Shown: positions 55,601 through 64,000 of the stretch, piece by piece
How the letters are laid out: every line of letters starts with the position of its first letter
Numbering within the stretch: the stretch's first letter is position 1
Source: Eledone cirrhosa
Lineage: Eukaryota
DNA: 64,000 nt
Direction: 5' to 3'
NCBI GenBank assembly: GCA_964016885.1
Contig: OZ024741.1
Coordinates: 262,198,001-262,262,000, forward strand
Made by a program: the position numbers and the translations under genes
Notes under the pieces: generated by a model
The model's input: the letters and a program-made list of their open reading frames with translations, nothing else
The model's database searches: none
Told to the model about the DNA's origin: nothing

Positions 55601-58600
55601 TCTGACTTACGAGTGTTCCGACTTTACGAGTGTTTCGGCTCACGAGTGTTTCGGCTTACGAGTGTTTCGACTTACGAAAATAACAAATAGACGCGGTTTC
55701 AAATCTCTATGCTTTTCAAATTCATTACATTAATCTTTATTTATACGTTTCGCTTTACGAGTGTTTCGACTTACGAGTGTTTCGGCTTACGTGAGTTTCG
55801 ACTTAAGAGTGTTCTGATTTACGAGTGTTCTGACTTGCGGGTGTTCTGATTTACGAGTGTTCCGACTTACGAGGGTTCTGACTTACGAGTGTTCCGAATT
55901 ACGAGTGTTTCGGCTATGAGTGTTTCGACTTATGGGTGCTTCGACTTACGAGTGTTTTTACTTACGGTGTTTCGGCTTACGAGTGTTTCGACATACGAGT
56001 GTTTTGACTTACGGGTGTTTCGACTTACGAGTGTTTTGACTTACGAATGTTTTTACTTACGGGTGTTTCGGCTTACGAGTGTTTCGACTTACGAGTGTTT
56101 CGGCTTACGAGTGTTTCGACTTACTAATGTTTTTACTTACGAGTGTTTCGGCGTACGAGAGTTTTGACTTACGAGTGTTTCGACTTACGAGTGTTCTGAC
56201 TTACGAGTGTTCCGAGTTACGAGTGTTCCGACTTACGAGTGTTTCGGCTTACGAGTGTTTCGGCTTACGAGTGTTTCGCCTTACGAGTGTTCCGACTTAC
56301 GGGTGCTTCGACTTACGAGTGTTTGGGCTTACGGTATTTCGGCTTACGAGTGTTTCGAGTTACGAGTGTTTTGACTTACGCGTGTTTTGACATACGAGTT
56401 TTTCGATACGAGTGTTCTTACTTACGAGTGTTCTGATTACGAGTGTTCTGACTTACGAGTGTTCCGACTTTACGAGTGTTTCGGCTCACGAGTGTTTCGG
56501 CTTACGAGTGTTTCGACTTACGAAAATAACAAATAGACGCGGTTTCAAATCTCTATGCTTTTCAAATTCATTACATTAATCTTTATTTATACGTTTCGCT
56601 TTACGAGTGTTTCGACTTACGAGTGTTTCGACATACGAGTGTTTCGACTTACGAATGTTTTTGCTTACGAGTGTTTCGGCTTACGAGTGTTCCGACTTAC
56701 GAGTGTTTCGGCTTACGAGTGTTTCCGGCTTACGAGTGTTTCGACTTACGGGTGTTTCGACTCACGAGTGTTCTGATTTACGAGTGTTCTGACTTGCGGG
56801 TGTTCTGATTTACGAGTGTTCCGACTTACGAGGGTTCTGACTTACGAGTGTTCCGACTTACGAGTGTTTCGGCTATGAGTGTTTCGACTTATGGGTGTTT
56901 CGACTTACGAGTGTTTTTACTTACGGTGTTTCGGCTTACGAGTGTTTCGACATACGAGTGTTTTGACTTACGGGTGTTTCGACTTACGAGTGTTTTGACT
57001 TACGAATGTTTTGACTTACGGGTGTTTCGGCTTACGAGTGTTTCGACTTACGAGTGTTTCGGCTTACGAGTGTTTCGACTTACTAATGTTTTTACTTACG
57101 AGTGTTTCGGCGTACGAGAGTTTTGACTTACGAGTGTTTCGACTTACGAGTGTTCTGACTTACGAGTGTTGCGACTTACGAGTGTTCCGACTTACGAGTG
57201 TTTCGGCTTACGAGTGTTTCGGCTTACGAGTGTTTCGCCTTACGAGTGTTCCGACTTACGGGTGCTTCGACTTACGAGTGTTTGGGCTTACGGTATTTCG
57301 GCTTACGAGTGTTTCGAGTTACGAGTGTTTTGACTTACGCGTGATTTGACATACGAGTTTTTCGATACGAGTGTTCTGACTTACGAGTGTTCTGATTACG
57401 AGTGTTCTGACTTACGAGTGTTCCGACTTTACGAGTGTTTCGGCTCACGAGTGTTTCGGCTTACGAGTGTTTCGACTCACGAAAATAACAAATAGACGTG
57501 GTTTCAAATCTCTATGCTTTTCAAATTCATTACATTAATCTTTATTTATACGTTTCGCTTTACGAGTGTTTCGACTTACGAGTGTTTCGACATACGAGTG
57601 TTTCGACTTACGAATGTTTTTGCTTACGAGTGTTTCGGCTTACGAGTGTTCCGACTTACGAGTGTTCCGACTTACGAGTGTTTCGGCTTACGAGTGTTTC
57701 CGGCTTACGAGTGTTTTGACTTACGGGTGTTTTGACTTACGGGTGTTTCGGCTTACGAGTTTTTCGACTTACGAGTGTTTTGACTTACGAGTGATCTGAT
57801 TTACGGATGTTTCGACATACGAGTGTTTCGACTTACGAGTGTTTCGACTTATGAGTATTTCGACTTACGAGTGTTTCGACTTACGAGTGTTTCGACTTAC
57901 GAGTGTTCCGACTTACGAGTGTTTCGGCTTACGAGTGTTTTGGGTTACGAGTGTTTCGACATACGAGTGTTTCGACTTACGAGTGTTCCGACTAACGAGT
58001 GTTCCGACTTACGAGTGTTTCGGCTTACGAGTGTTTCGGCTTACCAGTGTTTCGACTTACGAGTGTTTTAACTTACGTGTGTTTCGGCTTACGAGTGTTT
58101 CGACTTACCAGTGTTTTTACTTACGGTGTTTCGGCTTACGAGTGTTTCGACATACGAGTGTTTTGACTTAAGGGTGTTTCGACTTACGAGTGTTTCGACT
58201 TACGAGTGTTTCGGCTTACGAGTGTTTTGACTTAAGGATGTTTCGACTTACGAGTGTTTCGATACGAGTGTTTCGACTTACGAGTGTTTTGACTTACGCT
58301 GTGTCGGCTTACGAGTGTTTCGACTTACGAGTGTTTTGACTTACGGGTGTTTTGACATACGATTGTTTCGATACGAGTGTTCTGACTTACGAGTGTTCTG
58401 ACTTACGTGTTTTGACTTACGAGTGTTCTGACTTACGAGTGTTCCGACTTACGAGTGTTCCGACTTACGAGTGTTTCGGCTTACGAGTGTTTCCGGCTTA
58501 CGAGTGTTTCGACTTACGAGTGTTTTGACTTACGGTGTTTCGGCTTACGAGTGATTCGACTTACGAATGTTTTGACTTACGGGTGTTTCGGCTTGCGAGT

Positions 58601-61600
58601 GTTTCGACTTACGAGTGTTTCGGCTTATGAGTGTTTCGACTTACTAATGTTTTTACTTACGAGTGTTTCGGCGTACGAGTGTTTTGACTTACGAGTGTTT
58701 CGACTTACGAGTGTTTTGACTTACGAATGTTTTGACTTACGGGTGTTTCGACTTACGAGTGTTTCGACTTACGAGTGTTTCGGCTTGCGAGTGTTTCGAC
58801 TTACTAATGTTTTTACTTAAGAGTGTTTCGGCGTACGAGTGTTTCGACTTACGAGTGTTTCGACTTACGGGTGCTTTGACTTAAGGGTGTTTCGACTTAC
58901 GAGTGTTTCGACTTACGAGTGTTTCGGCTTACGAGTGTTTTGACTTAAGGATGTTTCGACTTACGAGTGTTTCGATACGAGTGTTTCGACTTACGAGTGT
59001 TTCGACTTACGAGTGTTTCGACTTACGAATGTTCTGACTTACGAGTGCTCTGACTTACGAGTGTTCTGATTTACGAGTGTTCTGACTTACGAGTGTTCTG
59101 ACTTACGAGCGTTCTGATTTACGAGTGTTCCGACTTACGAGTGTTTCGGCTTACGAGTGTTTCGACATACGAGTGTTTCGACTTAGGAGTGTTCCGACTA
59201 ACGAGTGTTCCGACATACGGTGTTTCGGCTTACGAGTGATTCGACTTACGAGTGTTTTGACTTACGGGTGTTTTGACTTACGGGTGTTGTGAATTACGAG
59301 TGTTCCGATTTACGAGTGTTTTGACTTACGGTGTTTCGGCTTACGAGTGTTTTCAGCTTACGAGTGATTCGACTTACGAGTGTTTTGACTTACGGGTGTT
59401 TTGACTTACGGGTGTTGTGAATTACGAGTGTTCCGATTTACGAGTGTTTTGACTTACGGTGTTTAGGCTTACGAGTGTTTCGATTTACGAGTGTTTCGGC
59501 TTATGAGCGTTTCGACTTACGAGTGTTTTGACTTACGGGTGTTTTGACATACGAGTGTTTCGACTGACGAGTGTTTCGATACGAGTGTTTCGACTTACGA
59601 GTGTTCTGACTTACGAGTGTTCTGACTTACGAGTGTTCTGACTTACGAGTGTTCCGACTTACGAGTGTTTCGACTTACGAGTGTTTCGGCTTACGAGTGT
59701 TTCGGCTTACGAGTGTTTCGACTTACGAGTGTTTCGACTTACGAGTGTTTTGGCTTACGGTGTTTCGGCTTACGAGTGTTTCGAGTTACGAGTGTTTTGA
59801 CTTACGCGTGTTTTGACATACGAGTGTTTCGATACGAGTGTTCTGACTTACGAGTGTTCTGACTTACGAGTGTTCTGACTTACGAGTGTTCCGACTTTAC
59901 GAGTGTTTCGGCTCACGAGTGTTTCGGCTTACGAGTGTTTCGACTTACGAAAATAACAAATAGACGCGGTTTCAAATCTCTATGCTTTTCAAATTTATTA
60001 CATTAATCTTTATTTATACGTTTCGCTTTACGAGTGTTTCGACTTACGAGTGTTTCGGCTTACGTGAGTTTCGACTTAAGAGTGTTCTGATTTACGAGTG
60101 TTCTGACTTGCGGGTGTTCTGATTTACGAGTGTTCCGACTTACGAGGGTTCTGACTTACGAGTGTTCCGAATTACGAGTGTTTCGGCTATGAGTGTTTCG
60201 ACTTATGGGTGTTTCGACTTACGAGTGTTTTTACTTACGGTGTTTCGGCTTACGAGTGTTTCGACATACGAGTGTTTTGACTTACGGGTGTTTCGACTTA
60301 CGAGTGTTTTGACTTACGAATGTTTTTACTTACGGGTGTTTCGGCTTACGAGTGTTTCGACTTACGAGTGTTTCGGCTTACGAGTGTTTCGACTTACTAA
60401 TGTTTTTACTTACGAGTGTTTCGGCGTACGAGAGTTTTGACTTACGAGTGTTTCGACTTACGAGTGTTCTGACTTACGAGTGTTCCGAGTTACGAGTGTT
60501 CCGACTTACGAGTGTTTCGGCTTACGAGTGTTTCGGCTTACGAGTGTTTCGCCTTACGAGTGTTCCGACTTACGGGTGCTTCGACTTACGAGTGTTTGGG
60601 CTTACGGTATTTCGGCTTACGAGTGTTTCGAGTTACGAGTGTTTTGACTTACGCGTGTTTTGACATACGAGTTTTTCGATACGAGTGTTCTTACTTACGA
60701 GTGTTCTGATTACGAGTGTTCTGACTTACGAGTGTTCCGACTTTACGAGTGTTTCGGCTCACGAGTGTTTCGGCTTACGAGTGTTTCGACTTACGAAAAT
60801 AACAAATAGACGCGGTTTCAAATCTCTATGCTTTTCAAATTCATTACATTAATCTTTATTTATACGTTTCGCTTTACGAGTGTTTCGACTTACGAGTGTT
60901 TCGACATACGAGTGTTTCGACTTACGAATGTTTTTGCTTACGAGTGTTTCGGCTTACGAGTGTTCCGACTTACGAGTGTTTCGGCTTACGAGTGTTTCCG
61001 GCTTACGAGTGTTTCGACTTACGGGTGTTTCGACTCACGAGTGTTCTGATTTACGAGTGTTCTGACTTGCGGGTGTTCTGATTTACGAGTGTTCCGACTT
61101 ACGAGGGTTCTGACTTACGAGTGTTCCGACTTACGAGTGTTTCGGCTATGAGTGTTTCGACTTATGGGTGTTTCGACTTACGAGTGTTTTTACTTACGGT
61201 GTTTCGGCTTACGAGTGTTTCGACATACGAGTGTTTTGACTTACGGGTGTTTCGACTTACGAGTGTTTTGACTTACGAATGTTTTGACTTACGGGTGTTT
61301 CGGCTTACGAGTGTTTCGACTTACGAGTGTTTCGGCTTACGAGTGTTTCGACTTACTAATGTTTTTACTTACGAGTGTTTCGGCGTACGAGAGTTTTGAC
61401 TTACGAGTGTTTCGACTTACGAGTGTTCTGACTTACGAGTGTTGCGACTTACGAGTGTTCCGACTTACGAGTGTTTCGGCTTACGAGTGTTTCGGCTTAC
61501 GAGTGTTTCGCCTTACGAGTGTTCCGACTTACGGGTGCTTCGACTTACGAGTGTTTGGGCTTACGGTATTTCGGCTTACGAGTGTTTCGAGTTACGAGTG

Positions 61601-62266
61601 TTTTGACTTACGCGTGATTTGACATACGAGTTTTTCGATACGAGTGTTCTGACTTACGAGTGTTCTGATTACGAGTGTTCTGACTTACGAGTGTTCCGAC
61701 TTTACGAGTGTTTCGGCTCACGAGTGTTTCGGCTTACGAGTGTTTCGACTCACGAAAATAACAAATAGACGTGGTTTCAAATCTCTATGCTTTTCAAATT
61801 CATTACATTAATCTTTATTTATACGTTTCGCTTTACGAGTGTTTCGACTTACGAGTGTTTCGACATACGAGTGTTTCGACTTACGAATGTTTTTGCTTAC
61901 GAGTGTTTCGGCTTACGAGTGTTCCGACTTACGAGTGTTCCGACTTACGAGTGTTTCGGCTTACGAGTGTTTCCGGCTTACGAGTGTTTTGACTTACGGG
62001 TGTTTTGACTTACGGGTGTTTCGGCTTACGAGTTTTTCGACTTACGAGTGTTTTGACTTACGAGTGATCTGATTTACGGATGTTTCGACATACGAGTGTT
62101 TCGACTTACGAGTGTTTCGACTTATGAGTATTTCGACTTACGAGTGTTTCGACTTACGAGTGTTTCGACTTACGAGTGTTCCGACTTACGAGTGTTTCGG
62201 CTTACGAGTGTTTTGGGTTACGAGTGTTTCGACATACGAGTGTTTCGACTTACGAGTGTTCCGACT

Positions 62267-64000
62267 TACGAGTGTTTCGACTTACGAGTGTTCCGACTTA
62301 CGAGTGTTTCGGCTTACGAGTGTTTCGGCTCACGAGTGTTTCGACTTACGAGTGTTTCGACTTACGAGTGTTTCGACTTACGAGTGCTTTTGCCATACGG
62401 GTGTTTCGGTTTACGAGTGTTTCGACATACGAGTGTTCTGACTTACGAGTGTTCCGACCTACGAGTGTTTCGGCTTACGGGTGTTCCGACTTACGAGTGT
62501 TCCGACTTACGAGTGTTTTGTCTTACGAGTGTTTCGGCTTACGAGTGTTTCGGCTCACGAGTTTTTCGACTTACGAGTGTTTCGGATTACGGATGTTTCG
62601 ACTTACGGGTGTTTCGACTCACGAGTGTTTCTACTTACGAGTGTTTCGACTTACGAGTGTTTTCACTTACGAGTGTTCCGACTTACGAGTGTTTCGGCTT
62701 ACGAGTGTTCCGACCTACGAGGGTTTCGGCTTACGGGTGTTCCGACTTACGAGTATTTTCGGCTTACGAGTGTTTCGACTTACGAGTGTTTTGACTTACG
62801 ATTGTTTCGGCTTACGAGTGTTTCGACTTACGAGTGTTTTGACTTACGGGTGTTTTGACATAAGAGTGTTTCGATACGAGTGTTCTGACTTACGAGTGTT
62901 CTGACTTACGAGTGTTCTGACTTACGGGTGTTCTGACTTACGAGTGTTCCGACTTACGAGTGTTTCGGATTATGAGTGTTTCGGCTTACGAGCGTTTCGA
63001 CTACGAGTGTTTCGAATTACGAATGTTTTTGCTTACGAGTGTTTCGACTTACGAATGTTTTTGCTTACGAATGTTTTTGCTTACGAGTGTTCTGACTTAC
63101 GAGTGTTTTGACTTACGAGTGTTCCGACTTACGACTGTTTTGGTTTACGTGTGTTTCGACTTACGAATGTTTCGGCTTACGAGTGTTTCGACTTACGAGT
63201 GTTTGACTTACGGGTGTTTCGGCTTACGAGTGTTCGACTTACGAGTGTTTTGGTTTACGTGTGTTTCGACTTACTAATGTTTCGGCTTACGAGTGTTTAG
63301 AATTACGAGTGTTTCGACTTACGGTTGTTCTGACTTACGGGTATTCCGACTTACGAGTGATTTGGCATACGAGTGTTTCGACTTACGAGTGTTTTCGGCT
63401 TACGAGTGTTTCGACTTACGAGTGTTTTGACTTACGATTGTTTCGGCTTACGAGTGTTTCGACTTACGAGTGTTTCGGCTTATGAGTGTTTCGGCTTATG
63501 AGTGTTTTGACTTAAGGGTGTTTCGACGAGTGTTTCGATACGAGTGTTTCGACTTACGGGTGTTCTGACTTACGAGTGTTCTGATTTGCGGATGTTTCGA
63601 ATTATGAGTGTTTCGACTACGAGTGTTTCGACTTACGAATGTTTTTGCTTACGAGTGTTTCGACTTACGAATGTTTTTGCTTACGAGTGTTTCGGCTTAC
63701 GAGTGTTTCGACTTACAAGTGTTTCGACTTACGAGTGTTTTGACTTACCGGTGTTTCGACTTACGGGTGTTTCGACTTACGAGAGTTTCGACTTACGAGT
63801 GTTCTGACTTACGAGTGTTCTGACTTACGAGTGTTCCGACTTGCGAGTGTTTCGGCTTACGAGTGTTTCGAAATGCGAGTGTTTTGACTTACGGATGTTT
63901 CGACTTACGGATGTTTCGACTCACGAGTGTTTCTACTTACGAGTGTTTCGACTTACGAGTGTTCCGACTTACGAGTGTTTTGACTTACGAGTGTTCCGAC
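62267..64000. repeat. Diverged satellite layer: same 16-mer, but outside the domain-2 HOR register and richer in private variants
   Basis: The expected HOR continuation (CCGACTAACG...TTACCAG) is absent after about 62266. New variants appear, such as TGCCATACGG, CGGATTACGG, TTTCTAC, TTTAGAAT and GAAATGCG. Confidence 0.85.

Larger units (their letters stand above)
133..61832. repeat. Family of 38 interspersed copies of a 78-bp AT-rich element: AAAATAACAAATAGACG[G/C/T]GGTTTCAAATCTCTATGCTTTTCAAATTCATTACATTAATCTTTATTTATACGTTTCGCT
   Basis: Manually counted starts: 133, 2326, 4599, 6792, 7842, 8501, 10774, 13047, 15320, 17449, 19436, 20839, 21685, 22531, 25031, 25877, 26836, 29830, 32521, 33367, 34326, 37129, 37975, 41571, 42417, 45473, 46319, 47278, 49730, 50576, 51996, 52842, 55677, 56523, 57482, 59950, 60796, 61755. 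All have the same orientation and sit at the same monomer phase. Confidence 0.97.
19346..62266. repeat. HOR domain 2: modular ~4.3-kb higher-order repeat (846-bp, 959-bp and ~2.5-3.6-kb modules; insert alleles B-B-C or B-C)
   Basis: Insert spacings of 846 (10 times) and 959 (5 times) alternate mostly with long spacings of 2452-3596. Full periods are 4273 (55677-59950, 57482-61755), 4257 (45473-49730) and 4305 (22531-26836). Confidence 0.92.
1..64000. repeat. Satellite DNA array with 16-bp monomer TTACGAGTGTTTCGAC, running off both window edges
   Basis: The monomer is read directly throughout in one orientation. Frequent variants end TTTCGGC, TTTTGAC, TTCCGAC or TTCTGAC. Length variants include ACGGTG (15 bp), CGATACGA (14 bp), and TTTCCGGC or CGACTTTACG (17 bp). 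About 3,800 copies, estimated from length. Confidence 0.99.

Noticed and set aside
133-61832. CRISPR array (constant element plus variable intervals)
   Set aside because: The intervals are 0.6-3.5 kb of satellite monomers rather than unique 25-45-bp spacers. The constant element is 78 bp, and no cas genes or leader are present.
1787-63823. All ORFs in the supplied track
   Set aside because: They are translations of the satellite, overlap in several frames with the same peptide, mostly begin at GTG/TTG, and are broken by frequent stops and 1-2-bp indels. None has a recognisable domain.
1-64000. Telomeric repeat (yeast-type long telomere unit)
   Set aside because: The consensus has no G-run and matches no telomere repeat I recognise. 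Kb-scale HORs with inserts indicate recombinational amplification rather than telomerase synthesis.
1-64000. Pure sequencing or assembly artefact, or synthetic sequence
   Set aside because: Hierarchically shared SNPs and in-phase indels look like natural array evolution, although exact copy numbers still need read support.

Overview
The whole 64-kb window is one tandem satellite array, eukaryote-like in organisation. I see no credible gene, RNA gene, CRISPR array or transposase. The basic monomer is 16 bp, consensus TTACGAGTGTTTCGAC, with roughly 3,800 head-to-tail copies in one orientation. Common variants differ at TT[T/C][C/T]G[A/G]C, and 14-, 15- and 17-bp indel variants also occur. The array is punctuated 38 times by a nearly invariant 78-bp AT-rich element that has three alleles and marks higher-order repeat (HOR) units. 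There are three domains: (1) about 1-19345, a regular 2273-bp HOR with one insert per unit; (2) about 19346-62266, a rearranged ~4.3-kb HOR (846 + 959 + ~2470 bp modules) with larger re-duplications; (3) about 62267-64000, a more diverged layer. All listed ORFs are by-products of a 16-mer that has no stop codon on the + strand. The most intriguing feature is the AT-rich insert. On the minus strand it has TATA-box and poly(A)-site-like geometry, and the surrounding consensus monomers each carry GTAAGT on that strand. Any function is speculative, and the organism cannot be identified from the sequence alone.
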